A DNA stretch of 64,000 nucleotides, from positions 320,001 through 384,000 of the forward strand of contig JAULAX010000015.1 of assembly GCA_032654565.1 (NCBI GenBank), in the 5' to 3' direction. The stretch comes from Anaeromyxobacteraceae bacterium. Its GTDB lineage: Bacteria; Myxococcota; Myxococcia; Myxococcales; Anaeromyxobacteraceae. Positions 17,876-28,137 of this stretch are shown piece after piece. Every line of letters starts with the position of its first letter. Positions within the stretch are counted from its first letter, which is position 1. A model generated the notes under the pieces. It made no database searches. It was not told the origin of the DNA and worked only from the letters and a program-made list of their open reading frames with translations. The translations under genes and the position numbers were made by a program.

Positions 17876-19254
17876 GCCCGGCGCCGTCCTTCCTCCAGCA
17901 GCGGCTGCCGCTGGGCGACCTGCTCGACCTGCGCGCCTTCAGCGAGGTCTGCCAGTCGTTCGCCGAGCTCTACCGGGTGGGGCTGAAGGTCTTCGACGAG
18001 GCCGGCAACAAGCTGGTCGACGTCAAGGTCGGCAACGCCGACTTCTGCGGCTACATCTGGACCAAGGCGGCCGGGCGCGAGCAGTGCGTGGCCACGGTGG
18101 GGCGGGTCAAGACCGCGCCGGTGGAGGAGCTGCCCAAGCCGGTCTCCTTCGCCTGCTTCTCCGGCTGCAGCTACGTGGTCCAGCCGGTGCTCCACGAGGG
18201 CGACTCCATCGGCCGGGTGGTCTTCGGCCCCTTCGTCCCGGAGAGCCTCGCCGAGCTGCCGGCCAGCCTCACCGGCATCGCCGCCGACTTCGACGCCCCC
18301 CAGGCCGCCTCCTACCTGCAGAAGATCCGGCGCGTCCAGCCGGAGACCGCCGAGAAGATCCTCAAGCACTTCATGGATCTGCTCGACGTCATGGTCTTCA
18401 GCGGCCACAAGAACCTCATCTCCGCCAAGCTGCACATCGAGGCGGTGCAGGAGAGCTACCGCGAGCTGCAGGAGAAGAACCGGCTGCTCGAGGAGAGCTT
18501 CCAGAAGCTCAAGGAGCTGGACCGGCTCAAGTCCAACTTCATCGCCACCATGAGCCACGAGCTGCGCACCCCGCTCACCAGCGTCATCGGCTACTCGGAG
18601 ATGATGCTGGAGGGGCTGGGCGGCACCCTCTCCGAGGAGCAGCGCGAGTACCTCAACATCATCATGGACAAGGGCGAGAGCCTGCTCCACCTCATCACCT
18701 CGATCCTCGACATCTCCAAGATCGAGGCCGGGCGGGTGCGGCTGATGATGGGCGAGGTGGACGTGGCCCAGCTGCTCCGCGACGCCGCCGCCACCGTGCT
18801 GCCGGCCGCCCGCAAGAAGAAGGTCCAGGTGGTCTGCGAGCCCGGCCAGCTCCCCGGCCTCCACGCCGACCGCGAGAAGCTGCGCCAGTGCCTCATCAAC
18901 CTGGCCTCCAACGCCGTCAAGTTCACCCCGGCCGGCGGCACCGTCACCGTCTCCGCCGAGGTGCTGCCCGGCGAGAAGCTGGCCCTGCGGGTCGCCGACA
19001 CCGGCATCGGCATCGCCGCCGAGCACCTCAAGCGGATCTTCGACGTCTTCTACCAGGTGGACGGCTCCACCACCCGCGAGTACGGCGGGGCCGGGCTGGG
19101 GCTGGCCATCGTCAAGAGCTTCGTCGAGGCCCACGGCGGCGAGACCAAGGTGACCTCGACCCCGGGGAAGGGCTCCAGCTTCACCCTGGTCCTGCCGCTG
19201 CGCCAGCGCCCCGAGCCGGCGCTGACCCCGGTGGCCCCCGCCACGCCGGTCTGA
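17872..19254 (+). CDS. Cytoplasmic PocR-domain histidine kinase
   Basis: N-terminal FC...C...C PocR-like pattern; MSHELRTPL, NAVKFT, GAGLGL; ATGA overlap with the GTPase. Confidence 0.85.
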   Translation: MSPAPSFLQQRLPLGDLLDLRAFSEVCQSFAELYRVGLKVFDEAGNKLVDVKVGNADFCGYIWTKAAGREQCVATVGRVKTAPVEELPKPVSFACFSGCSYVVQPVLHEGDSIGRVVFGPFVPESLAELPASLTGIAADFDAPQAASYLQKIRRVQPETAEKILKHFMDLLDVMVFSGHKNLISAKLHIEAVQESYRELQEKNRLLEESFQKLKELDRLKSNFIATMSHELRTPLTSVIGYSEMMLEGLGGTLSEEQREYLNIIMDKGESLLHLITSILDISKIEAGRVRLMMGEVDVAQLLRDAAATVLPAARKKKVQVVCEPGQLPGLHADREKLRQCLINLASNAVKFTPAGGTVTVSAEVLPGEKLALRVADTGIGIAAEHLKRIFDVFYQVDGSTTREYGGAGLGLAIVKSFVEAHGGETKVTSTPGKGSSFTLVLPLRQRPEPALTPVAPATPV

Positions 19255-19256
19255 CC

Positions 19257-20231
19257 GTGGCCCGCCCTCCCCGCGGCGCCCGCCCCGGCGGCGAGTTCGC
19301 GCTCATCGCCGCCTTCACCCGGGCCCTGCCCACCCGCGGCCCCGGGGTCCGGCTCGGCCCCGGCGACGACGCCGCCCTGCTGCGCCCGCCCCCCGGCGAG
19401 GAGCTGGTGGCCACCGTCGACGCCGTCGTCGAGGGGGTCCACTTCGACCACCGCTTCACGCCGGGTGACATCGGCTGGAAGGCGCTGGCGGTCAACCTCT
19501 CCGACCTGGCCGCCATGGGGGCCCGGCCGCTCTGGGCGCTGGTGGCGCTGCAGGTGCCGCCGGCCACCCCGGCGGCGCGGCTCACCGCCATCGCCCGCGG
19601 CCTGGGGGCCTGCGCCCGGCGCCACCGCCTGGCGGTGGTGGGGGGCAACGTCTCCCGCGGAGGCGAGCTCTCGCTCACCGTCACCGTGCTGGGGGCGGTG
19701 GAGCGCGGCCGGGCGCTGCGGCGCGACGGGGCCCGCCCCGGCCACCTGGTGCTGGTCTCCGGCACCCTCGGCGACGCCGCCCTCGGCCTGCGCCCCGGCG
19801 CCGCCGCCCCGCTGCGCCGCCGCCAGCGCCGCCCCACCCCGCGCCTCGGGCTCGGCCTCGCCCTGCGCGGCCTGGCCAGCGCCGCCATCGACCTCTCCGA
19901 CGGCCTCGGCCAGGACCTCGGCCACCTCTGCCGCGCCTCCGGGGTGGGGGCGACGCTGCAGGCCGCCGACCTGCCCCGCTCCGCCGCCGGGCGGGCCGCG
20001 GCCGGCGACCACCCCTGGGGGGCGGCGCTCTCCGGCGGCGAGGACTACGAGCTCTGCGTCACCGTCCCGCCGTCGCGGCTGGCGGCGGCGCGGCGGGCGG
20101 CGCGGCGGGCCGGCGTGGCGCTCACCGTGATCGGGGTGGTGCGGCCCGGGCGGGGGGTCACCGTGCTCGGGCCGGGCGGGCGCCGGCTGCCGGTGGGGCG
20201 CGGCCACGACCACCTGGCGCCGCGCCGCTGA
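19257..20231 (+). CDS. thiL: Thiamine-monophosphate kinase
   Basis: [37 protein letters not shown]. Confidence 0.93.
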   Translation: MARPPRGARPGGEFALIAAFTRALPTRGPGVRLGPGDDAALLRPPPGEELVATVDAVVEGVHFDHRFTPGDIGWKALAVNLSDLAAMGARPLWALVALQVPPATPAARLTAIARGLGACARRHRLAVVGGNVSRGGELSLTVTVLGAVERGRALRRDGARPGHLVLVSGTLGDAALGLRPGAAAPLRRRQRRPTPRLGLGLALRGLASAAIDLSDGLGQDLGHLCRASGVGATLQAADLPRSAAGRAAAGDHPWGAALSGGEDYELCVTVPPSRLAAARRAARRAGVALTVIGVVRPGRGVTVLGPGGRRLPVGRGHDHLAPRR

Positions 20232-20245
20232 GCCGGCGCCGGCTT

Positions 20246-20285
20246 TTGACTTCCCCCCGGATCCACATAGGATCCCCGCGGATCC
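20246..20285 (+). promoter_or_regulatory. Putative promoter of the chemosensory operon, with three phased GGATCC sites
   Basis: TTGACT-N16-TAGGAT; GGATCC at 20259, 20270 and 20280. Confidence 0.45.
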
Positions 20286-20319
20286 ACGCGGCGCGGACTT
20301 CACCGCGCCGCCCGCCGAG

Positions 20320-21714
20320 GTGAACGTGGCCAGGCCTCCCCGCGACGAGCGCATCTCCACCCGGCCCTCGGCCCGGTGGCAGGACGCCCCCCACCTGGTG
20401 GCGGTCCGCGGCCGCGCCGCCGACGTGCCGCTGCGCCCCATGCCCGGCACCACCGGCCTGACCGCCACGCTGCAGGTCAAGCTGCTGGTCAGCTACGGCA
20501 TCATCGGCGCGGTGCTGGTCTTCGTGGTGCCGCCGGCCCGCGAGGCCTTCCCCCACCCGCTGGCCGCCGGGGCGGTGGTGGTGCTCGGCACCCTGGCGCT
20601 GGGCTGGGCGCTCACCGTGGGCATCGCCCGCACCTCGCGCGTCGGTCGGCTCAAGGTCTCGGCGGTGGAGATCAGCCGCGGCGACCTCTCCCGGAGCGTG
20701 CTGGAGGAGCCCAACCAGACCTTCCACGACGAGATCGACGACCTCACCGTGGCCATCGGCACCATGCAGGAGAACCTGCGCGACCTGGTCTCGCGCATCC
20801 AGCGCACCGCCCAGTCGGTGGCCGAGAGCGCCAACGACCTGCAGTCCTCGGCCGAGGAGGTCAACGCCTCCACCGACGAGGTGGCCAGCTCCATGGAGAA
20901 GATCGCGGTGGGCGCCGGCCAGCAGTCCGACCTGGTGGAGCGCACCTCCAAGGTGATCGGCGAGATCGCCGCCTCCATCGAGCGGACCGCCAAGAGCGCC
21001 GAGGAGGCGGCCCGGGCCTCGGCCGAGACCTCCACCTCGGCGGCCGGCGGCGGCGAGGCGGCCCGGCTGGCCGGCGAGAAGGTCAAGAAGGTCTTCGCCC
21101 GCATCGAGGCGGCCAGCGAGCAGGTCTTCGCCTTCGGCGAGCGGACCAAGGAGATCTCCAAGATCGTCGAGGCCATCACCCAGGTGGCCAACCAGACCAA
21201 CCTGCTGGCCCTCAACGCCACCATCGAGGCGGCCCGCGCCGGCGAGTACGGCCGCGGCTTCGCGGTGGTGGCCGAGGAGGTGCGCAAGCTGGCCGACATC
21301 TCGGGGCGCTCTGCCGAGCAGATCTCCGGGCTGGCCGCCGACATCTCCGGCCGCGCCGCCACCGTGGTCGGCACCATGAAGGAGTCGGTCTCCGAGCTGG
21401 GGGAGGGGCGCGAGGACCTGAACGCCATCATCCGGGCCCTGGCCGACATCGCCCTGATCGCCCGCACCGGCGCCGACAAGGTGGGGGTGATCTCCGGGGC
21501 CGCCCGCGACCAGCTCAAGGGCTCGGCCGACATGGTGCAGGCCATGGACCACATCTCCGACGTGGCCAGCAGCAACGCCGGCGCCACCGAGCAGGTGCGC
21601 AAGGTGATGGCCGAGCAGACCGCCGCGGTGGCCCAGATGGCCTCGGCCGCCCAGGAGCTGACCAACCTCTCGGTCGAGCTGCAGACCGTGGTCTCGCGCT
21701 TCCGGCTCGGGTAG
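20320..21714 (+). CDS. difA: Methyl-accepting chemotaxis protein lacking a periplasmic domain (DifA-like)
   Basis: Two adjacent TM helices, [38 protein letters not shown]. Confidence 0.85.
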   Translation: MNVARPPRDERISTRPSARWQDAPHLVAVRGRAADVPLRPMPGTTGLTATLQVKLLVSYGIIGAVLVFVVPPAREAFPHPLAAGAVVVLGTLALGWALTVGIARTSRVGRLKVSAVEISRGDLSRSVLEEPNQTFHDEIDDLTVAIGTMQENLRDLVSRIQRTAQSVAESANDLQSSAEEVNASTDEVASSMEKIAVGAGQQSDLVERTSKVIGEIAASIERTAKSAEEAARASAETSTSAAGGGEAARLAGEKVKKVFARIEAASEQVFAFGERTKEISKIVEAITQVANQTNLLALNATIEAARAGEYGRGFAVVAEEVRKLADISGRSAEQISGLAADISGRAATVVGTMKESVSELGEGREDLNAIIRALADIALIARTGADKVGVISGAARDQLKGSADMVQAMDHISDVASSNAGATEQVRKVMAEQTAAVAQMASAAQELTNLSVELQTVVSRFRLG

Positions 21715-21742
21715 CCGGTGGCGGCCGGGGCGGGGGCGCAGG

Positions 21743-22201
21743 TTGGCTGAGGCCACTCCAGGCGATGAGGCGACGCCGGCCACCGAGCGGCAGGTGGTCT
21801 TCCGCATCGGCGCCGAGCGCTACGCCCTGCCGCTGGCCTCGGTGCGCGAGGTGGTGCCGCCCAACCCGCCCTTCGCCCGGGTGCCGCGCTCCGGCGGCGC
21901 GGTGCGCGGGGTCATGAACCTGCGCGGCCGGGTGGTGGCGGTGGTGGACCTGGCGGTGCTGGTCGGCCTGCCCCCGCAGCCGCTGCACGGCGGCCACGGC
22001 CAGGTGCTGATCCTCGACCGCGAGAAGCGGGCGCTGGGGCTGCTGATCGGCGCGGTGGTGGGGGTGGAGCCGCTCTCCCTGGCCGAGGAGGCCGGCGAGG
22101 GGTTGGTGGCCGGGGTGGCCACCAGCCGCACCGGCGCCGTCACCCTCCTGCGCCCCGAGCCGCTGGCGGCGGCGGCGGCGGCGCTCTTCGGGGGCGCCTG
22201 A
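21743..22201 (+). CDS. cheW: CheW coupling protein (DifC-like)
   Basis: VVFRIGAERYAL, RGVMNLRGRVVAVVDL. Confidence 0.9.
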   Translation: MAEATPGDEATPATERQVVFRIGAERYALPLASVREVVPPNPPFARVPRSGGAVRGVMNLRGRVVAVVDLAVLVGLPPQPLHGGHGQVLILDREKRALGLLIGAVVGVEPLSLAEEAGEGLVAGVATSRTGAVTLLRPEPLAAAAAALFGGA

Positions 22202-22278
22202 CCCGGAGGCCTCCGCGACGCCTTGTCCCCCTCTCGCCCCCGGTGCTACGTTCTCACCCCGGGGAGGACCTGAAGCCC

Positions 22279-22647
22279 ATGCCGAAGCGAGTCCTGATCG
22301 TCGACGACGCGATCTTCATGCGGAACATGATCAAGGACATCTTCGCCGGCTCGGGCTTCGAGGTGGTCGGCGAGGCCGCCAACGGCCTGGAGGCGGTCGA
22401 GAAGCACCGCGAGCTCAAGCCCGACCTCACCACCATGGACATCGTCATGCCGTTCAAGAGCGGCATCGAGGCCACCCGGGAGATCGTCAAGGCCGACCCG
22501 CGCGCCTGCATCGTCATGTGCTCGGCGCTGGGCCAGGAGTCGCTGGTGATGGAGGCCATCGAGGCCGGGGCCAGCGACTTCATCGTCAAGCCCTTCAAGT
22601 CCGAGGACGTCCTCTCCGTGGTGAAGAAGGTCCTGGGCGAGACGTAG
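22279..22647 (+). CDS. cheY: CheY response regulator (DifD-like)
   Basis: VLIVDD, TMDIVMP, FIVKPF; GGAGG RBS; candidate internal promoter TTGTCC..TACGTT at 22223-22252. Confidence 0.93.
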   Translation: MPKRVLIVDDAIFMRNMIKDIFAGSGFEVVGEAANGLEAVEKHRELKPDLTTMDIVMPFKSGIEATREIVKADPRACIVMCSALGQESLVMEAIEAGASDFIVKPFKSEDVLSVVKKVLGET

Positions 22648-22664
22648 TCCGCGCCCCGGCGCCG

Positions 22665-24650
22665 ATGGACCTCGCCCGCTACCTCGCCCTCTTCGTCGCC
22701 GAAGCCGGCGAGCACCTGGCCGGGCTCTCCCGGCAGCTGGTGGAGCTGGAGCAGCTGGTCCGCGCCGGCGGCGACGACGCCCCGCTCATCGACGGCATCT
22801 TCCGCCACGTCCACAGCATCAAGGGGATGAGCGCCTCGATGCAGCTCGACGGCGTCGCCGCCCTGGCCCACCGGGCCGAGGATCTGGTCGACCTCTACCG
22901 CCGCCGCCTGGCCCGGGCCGAGCCCAGGGCGGTCGACGCCCTGCTGGCCACCTGCGACGCCCTGCAGGAGATGATCGCCGCCGCCGCCGCCGGCGAGAAG
23001 CCGCCCCACAACCCGGTGCTGATGGCCCGGCTCGGCGAGATCACCCGCCGCGCCAAGGACGCCCCACCCGCGGGGGCCACCCCGGCCCGGCGCGCCGACG
23101 ATCCGCCCCCGCCCCCGCCCCCACCGCCCGCCGCCGAGCCGCCGCCGGTGCTGGTGGTGGCCGGCCCGCGCCGCCTCGAGGTGGAGGTGGAGGTGGCCGC
23201 GGCCTGCCCGGTGCCGGCGGTGCGCGCCTTCCTGGTGGTGAAGAAGCTGGCCGCCTTCGGGCCGCTGCTGCGCGCCACGCCCACCGTCGAGGAGCTCAAG
23301 GCCGGCCGGCTGCCCGGCAAGAAGCTCACCGTGCTGCTGGAGACCGCCGAGCCGCTCGACCGGGTGGAGCGGGCCCTCTCGCAGATCTCCGACCTCGGCA
23401 CGGTGGTGGTCCGTGCCCTGGAGGAGTCCGCCGCCGCCGCGGCTGCCTCCCCGGCCGCCGCCGCGCCGGCCCCGGGCCCGCCGGCCAGCCCCGAGGCCAC
23501 CCGCACGGTGCGGGTCAAGACCGAGGTGCTCGACGGCTTCGTCGACACCGTGGGCGAGCTGCTGCTGGCCACCGCCCGCATCCGCGAGGTGGGGCGGGCC
23601 CTGCCGGTCGGGCTGCGCCCGCCGCTCGACGAGGGGGTGGACCGGCTCCACGCCATCGTCAAGGAGCTGCACGGCCAGCTCATGGGGGTGCGCATGACCC
23701 CGCTGGCCATGGTCACCGAGCGGCTGCCGCGCATCGCCCGCGACGTGGCCCGCAAGCTGGGGCGCCAGGTGGAGGTGGAGGTGCAGGGGGCGGAGATCGA
23801 GCTGGACCGGGCCATCCTCGAGGAGCTCTCCGACCCGCTGCTCCACGTGCTGCGCAACGCCGTCGACCACGGCATCGAGGCTCCCCACCTGCGGCTGCTG
23901 GCCGGCAAGTCGGCCACCGGCCGCATCACCATCTCGGCCCGGCGCGACCGCGACCGGGTGGTGCTGGAGGTCTCCGACGACGGCAAGGGGATGAACGCCG
24001 GCCGGCTGCGCGAGGCGGCGGTGCGGCGCGGCACCCTCAGCCCGGAGCAGGCGGCGGCGCTCACCGAGCGCGAGGCGCTGCAGCTGGCCACCCTCCCGGG
24101 CGTCTCCACCGCCGACGCCGTCACCGACGTCTCCGGGCGCGGGGTCGGGCTCGACGCCGTCCGCAAGTCGCTGGAGGCGGTGGGCGGCACCCTGGAGCTG
24201 GAGAGCGCCCGCGGCCTCGGCACCCGGGTGACGCTGCGCCTGCCGCTCACCGTGGCGGTGCAGCCGGTGCTGCTGGTGCGGGTGGGCGAGGAGGTGCTGG
24301 GGCTGCCCATCGCCAAGGTCCACGGCGCCGCCCACGTCCGCTTCGCCTCGCTGGATCGCAGCCGCGGGGCCCCGCTCCTCCCCTACGACGGCGAGCTGGT
24401 GCCGGTGCACGACCTGGCGGCGCTGCTCGGCTTCACCTCGGACGGGCGCGAGGAGCGGGCGGTGGTGGTGGCCGACGGCCCCGACGGCCGCATCGGGCTG
24501 GCGGTGGACGGCCTGCTCGGCCAGCACGAGGCGGTGCTGAAGCCGCTGGGCCCGCCGCTCTCGGCGGTGGGCGGCCTCTCGGCGGTCACCGTGCTCGGCA
24601 CCGGCCGGCCGGTCTTCATCCTCGACGTGGCCCGGCTGCTGGCCGCATGA
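22665..24650 (+). CDS. cheA: CheA histidine kinase (DifE-like)
   Basis: Hpt FRHVHSIKG, HVLRNAVDHGIE, SGRGVGLD, C-terminal CheW domain. Confidence 0.95.
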   Translation: MDLARYLALFVAEAGEHLAGLSRQLVELEQLVRAGGDDAPLIDGIFRHVHSIKGMSASMQLDGVAALAHRAEDLVDLYRRRLARAEPRAVDALLATCDALQEMIAAAAAGEKPPHNPVLMARLGEITRRAKDAPPAGATPARRADDPPPPPPPPPAAEPPPVLVVAGPRRLEVEVEVAAACPVPAVRAFLVVKKLAAFGPLLRATPTVEELKAGRLPGKKLTVLLETAEPLDRVERALSQISDLGTVVVRALEESAAAAAASPAAAAPAPGPPASPEATRTVRVKTEVLDGFVDTVGELLLATARIREVGRALPVGLRPPLDEGVDRLHAIVKELHGQLMGVRMTPLAMVTERLPRIARDVARKLGRQVEVEVQGAEIELDRAILEELSDPLLHVLRNAVDHGIEAPHLRLLAGKSATGRITISARRDRDRVVLEVSDDGKGMNAGRLREAAVRRGTLSPEQAAALTEREALQLATLPGVSTADAVTDVSGRGVGLDAVRKSLEAVGGTLELESARGLGTRVTLRLPLTVAVQPVLLVRVGEEVLGLPIAKVHGAAHVRFASLDRSRGAPLLPYDGELVPVHDLAALLGFTSDGREERAVVVADGPDGRIGLAVDGLLGQHEAVLKPLGPPLSAVGGLSAVTVLGTGRPVFILDVARLLAA

Positions 24651-24704
24651 CCTCCACGCCCCGTCACCTGTACGCATGACCTTCACCCCCCGTCACGTGG
24701 ACGC
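24647..24704 (+). repeat. 29-bp imperfect tandem duplication of the cheC start
   Basis: atgacctccacgccccgtcacctgtacgc / atgaccttcaccccccgtcacgtggacgc (4 mismatches). Confidence 0.85.
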
Positions 24705-25263
24705 GCTGCAGGAGCTGACCACCATCGGCTGCGGCGCCGCCCTGACCGCGCTGGCCCGGCTCACCGGGCTGCGGCTCGACATGGACGTCCCCGAGTCCTG
24801 GATCGGCGCCAGCCCCGGGGCCATCGCCAGCTTCCTCGGGGCGCTGGGGAGCGATCTGGTGGCGGTGGGGGTGCGCCTGGAGGGGCCGCTCACCGGCCAC
24901 CTGCTGCTGGCCCTCCCCGAGCGCGACGCCGAGGCGCTGGCCGGGGCGCTGGGGGTGCCGGCGGCGCAGGGGCAGTTCGGCACCCTGGCCGAGAGCGGCC
25001 TGATGGAGTGCGGCAACATCGTGGGGAGCGCCTTCGTCACCGCGGTGGCCAGCCTGGTCAAGGAGACGCTGCTGCTCTCCACCCCCAGCTTCGCCCGCGG
25101 CAGCGGCAAGGCCTGCGTCGAGAAGCTGGTGGACCACGCCGGCTCGGTGGCGCTGGCGGCCCGCTTCACCTCGCCGAAGGCTCCGCAGCTAGAGGGGCTG
25201 ATCCTGGTCATGCCCGAGCCGGCCGGCGTGGCCCGCCTGCTCACCCACCTCGACCCGCGCTGA
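24676..25263 (+). CDS. cheC: CheC-family phosphatase (DifG-like)
   Basis: DALQELTTIG and SGLMECGNI motifs; last gene of the che cluster. Confidence 0.85.
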   Translation: MTFTPRHVDALQELTTIGCGAALTALARLTGLRLDMDVPESWIGASPGAIASFLGALGSDLVAVGVRLEGPLTGHLLLALPERDAEALAGALGVPAAQGQFGTLAESGLMECGNIVGSAFVTAVASLVKETLLLSTPSFARGSGKACVEKLVDHAGSVALAARFTSPKAPQLEGLILVMPEPAGVARLLTHLDPR

Positions 25264-25282
25264 GCGCCGGAGCCACGCCCCC

Positions 25283-26026
25283 ATGGACGAAGCCGCCCTC
25301 CGTCGCCTGCTGCAGCGCCTGGTCTCCGGGGCCACGCCGCTCGACGAGGCGGTGGCCCGGCTCAAGGCCGCCCCCATCGAGCGGCTCGGCGACGTGGCCA
25401 CGCTCGACACCCACCGGGCCCTGCGCCAGGGGATGCCGGAGGTGGTGCTGGCCGAGCGCAAGTCGGCCGCCCAGGTGGCCGCCATCGCCAAGCGGCTGGC
25501 CGCCCACGGGCCGCTGCTGGTGACCCGGCTCTCGCCGGAGAAGGCCGGGCCGGCGCGGCGGGCGGTCAAGGGCTCGATCTACGACCCGGTCTCGCGCACC
25601 CTGCGCCGCGGCCGCATGGAGCTGCCCGCCCTGGGGCCGGTGGCGGTCTGCTGCGCCGGCACCAGCGACGTGCCGGTCTGCGAGGAGGCGGTGGTGACGC
25701 TCGAGGTGATGGGCGTGGAGGCGCTGCGCATCTACGACGTCGGGGTGGCCGGGATCCACCGGCTGCTGGCCCGGCGCGAGGAGCTGACCCGGGCCCGGGC
25801 GGTGGTGGTGGCGGCCGGCATGGAGGGGGCGCTCCCCAGCGTGGTGGGCGGCCTGGTGGGGCGGCCGGTGATCGCCGTGCCCACCTCGGTGGGCTACGGC
25901 GCCTCGCTGGGCGGGATCGCGGCGCTGCTGGCCATGCTCAACTCCTGCGCCCCCAACGTCACCGTGGTCAACATCGACAACGGCTTCGGGGCCGCCTTCG
26001 TGGCGGGGTTGATCGCCCGCGGCTGA
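25283..26026 (+). CDS. larB: Nickel-pincer cofactor biosynthesis protein LarB
   Basis: AGTSDVPV, DVGVAGIHRL, AGMEGALPSV, VVNIDNGFGAA. Confidence 0.93.
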   Translation: MDEAALRRLLQRLVSGATPLDEAVARLKAAPIERLGDVATLDTHRALRQGMPEVVLAERKSAAQVAAIAKRLAAHGPLLVTRLSPEKAGPARRAVKGSIYDPVSRTLRRGRMELPALGPVAVCCAGTSDVPVCEEAVVTLEVMGVEALRIYDVGVAGIHRLLARREELTRARAVVVAAGMEGALPSVVGGLVGRPVIAVPTSVGYGASLGGIAALLAMLNSCAPNVTVVNIDNGFGAAFVAGLIARG

Positions 26027-26050
26027 GGTGGTCCGCTCCGGAAAGCGCCC

Positions 26051-27250
26051 ATGCCCAATCGCCTCCTCCTCCTCGAGCCCATCGGCGGCCTCAGCGGCGA
26101 CATGTTCCTGGCCGCGGCCCTCGACCTCGGCGTCGACCGCGCCGACCTGACGGCCCAGCTGGCCAGCCTCGGCCTGCCCGGCTGGACCATGGAGGTGAGC
26201 CGGGTCACCGTCAACGGCGTCGCCGCCACCCACGTCGAGGTGCGGGTGGAGCCCTCGCCGGGCGTCGACCGCCGGCTCGCCGACCTGCTGGCGGTGGTGG
26301 ACCGCAGCGGCCTCTCGGAGCGGGCCCGCGCCGCCGCCCGCGACCTCTTCCAGCGGCTGGCCCGGGCCGAGGCCAGGGTGCACGGCTGCGCCGTCGAGGA
26401 GGTCCACTTCCACGAGGTGGGGGCGGTCGACTCGATCGTCGACGTCTGCGGCGCGGTGGTGGCCCTGGAGCTGCTGGGCTGGCCGCGGGCCCTGGCCACG
26501 CCGCCGGAGCTGGGCCAGGGGTTCGTCAAGACCGCCCACGGCCTGCTGCCGGTGCCGCCGCCGGCGGTGCTGGAGCTGCTGCTGGGGCTGCCGGTGCGGC
26601 CGGGCGGACCGCTCGGCGAGGCGGTCACCCCCACCGGCGCGGCGCTGCTGGCCGGCCTCTTCGAGCTGGGGCCGCTGCCGCCCCACCGCCCGGTCCAGGT
26701 CGGCTACGGCGCCGGCACCCGGCGCTGGGCGGACCGGCCCAACCTGGTGCGGCTCACCGTCGGCGAGGCCGAGCGGCCCGCCCCGGCCGCCAGCGAGCCG
26801 CTGCTGGTGCTGGAGTGCCACCTCGACGACACCACCGGGCAGCTGGTGGCCCACGCCATCGCCGCGGCGCTCGAGGCCGGCGCCCTCGACGCCTGGGCCG
26901 CCCCCATCACCATGAAGAAGGGGCGCCCCGGCCTGTCGCTGGGCGCGCTCTGCGAGCCGGCCCGCGGCGACGCCGTGGCCCGGGTCTTCCTCACCGAGAC
27001 CGGCACGCTGGGGGTGCGCACCAGCCGGGTGGAGCGCCAGGCGCTGGCCCGGGAGCTGGTGGCGGTGGAGACCCGCTACGGCACCGTTCGTGTCAAGGTG
27101 GCGCGGCTCGACGGACGGGTGGTGAACGCCCAGCCGGAGTACGATGACTGCGAGGCGCAGGCGCTGGAGCGGGGCGTGACGGTGAAGGAGGTGCTGGCCG
27201 AGGCGGCCAGCGCCTGGCGGGTGGCGCAGGCGGCCGGCGGCCGAGGCTGA
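26051..27250 (+). CDS. larC: Nickel insertion protein LarC
   Basis: [42 protein letters not shown]. Confidence 0.93.
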   Translation: MPNRLLLLEPIGGLSGDMFLAAALDLGVDRADLTAQLASLGLPGWTMEVSRVTVNGVAATHVEVRVEPSPGVDRRLADLLAVVDRSGLSERARAAARDLFQRLARAEARVHGCAVEEVHFHEVGAVDSIVDVCGAVVALELLGWPRALATPPELGQGFVKTAHGLLPVPPPAVLELLLGLPVRPGGPLGEAVTPTGAALLAGLFELGPLPPHRPVQVGYGAGTRRWADRPNLVRLTVGEAERPAPAASEPLLVLECHLDDTTGQLVAHAIAAALEAGALDAWAAPITMKKGRPGLSLGALCEPARGDAVARVFLTETGTLGVRTSRVERQALARELVAVETRYGTVRVKVARLDGRVVNAQPEYDDCEAQALERGVTVKEVLAEAASAWRVAQAAGGRG

Positions 27251-27306
27251 AGCGCACGAGGCGACCGACGATCGAGGCGACCGACGACCGAGGCGGAGAG
27301 GGCGGC

Positions 27307-28137
27307 ATGGACCAGCAGGACGAGGTGCCCGAGATCCTGGCGGCGCTGGTGCCGCCGGCGGAGCGGGTCCGGCTGGGCCCGGCCTGGCCCCGCGCCGTGG
27401 CAGCGCTCAAGCTGCTGGAGTCCGAGGCGGTGCAGGCCGAGAAGATGGCCGGCCTGGGGCGGCTGGCCGCCGGCATCGTCCACGAGATCAACAACCCGCT
27501 GGTGGCGGTCACCATGTTCGCCGAGTCGCTGGTCACCCGCTGGACCCTGGCCGGCGGCGACCCCGGCGACCTGGAGAAGCTGGTGGCCATCCGCGACGCC
27601 GGCCTGCGCATCCAGAAGCTGACCCGCGACCTGACCGCCTACGCCCGGCCCCAGAGCGGCACGCCCGAGTCGCTGGAGCTGGCCCCGCTGCTCGACCAGG
27701 CGGCGCTGATCTGCAAGCCCATCCTCAAGGACGCCGACGCGGTGGTGCAGCGCGACTTCCAGGACCTGCCCCGGGTGGCGGGGAGCCGCTCGGCGCTGGT
27801 CCAGGTCTTCGTCAACCTCATCACCAACGCCGCCCAGGCCGTCCGCAAGGGCGGCCTGGTCCGGCTCGAGCTGCGGGCCGGCGACGGCCAGGTGCTGGCC
27901 ACGGTGGCCGACGACGGCGAGGGGATGACCGAGGAGCAGCAGCGCCACGCCTTCGAGCCCTTCTTCACCACCCGGCCCGGTCGCGGCGTCGGCCTCGGGC
28001 TGGCCACCGTGAAGGGGATCGCCGACCGCCACCAGGCCACCGTGACCCTGGTGAGCGCCCCGGGGCAGGGGACCCGCGTCACCCTGGCCCTGCCGGTCAA
28101 GGCGCCGGGTCAGGGCTCCGGGGTCAGCACCGCGTAG
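27307..28137 (+). CDS. Short histidine kinase without an obvious sensor domain
   Basis: GIVHEINNP, NLITNAAQA, FEPFFTT, GVGLGL. Confidence 0.85.
   Translation: MDQQDEVPEILAALVPPAERVRLGPAWPRAVAALKLLESEAVQAEKMAGLGRLAAGIVHEINNPLVAVTMFAESLVTRWTLAGGDPGDLEKLVAIRDAGLRIQKLTRDLTAYARPQSGTPESLELAPLLDQAALICKPILKDADAVVQRDFQDLPRVAGSRSALVQVFVNLITNAAQAVRKGGLVRLELRAGDGQVLATVADDGEGMTEEQQRHAFEPFFTTRPGRGVGLGLATVKGIADRHQATVTLVSAPGQGTRVTLALPVKAPGQGSGVSTA

Noticed and set aside
25283..27250. larBC as a complete lactate racemase system
   Set aside because: larA and larE are not in the window; dispersed lar genes are common.
27258..27296. 16-bp tandem repeat (gaggcgaccgacga-y-c) between larC and the kinase
   Set aside because: Only about 2.4 copies, with no evidence of function.
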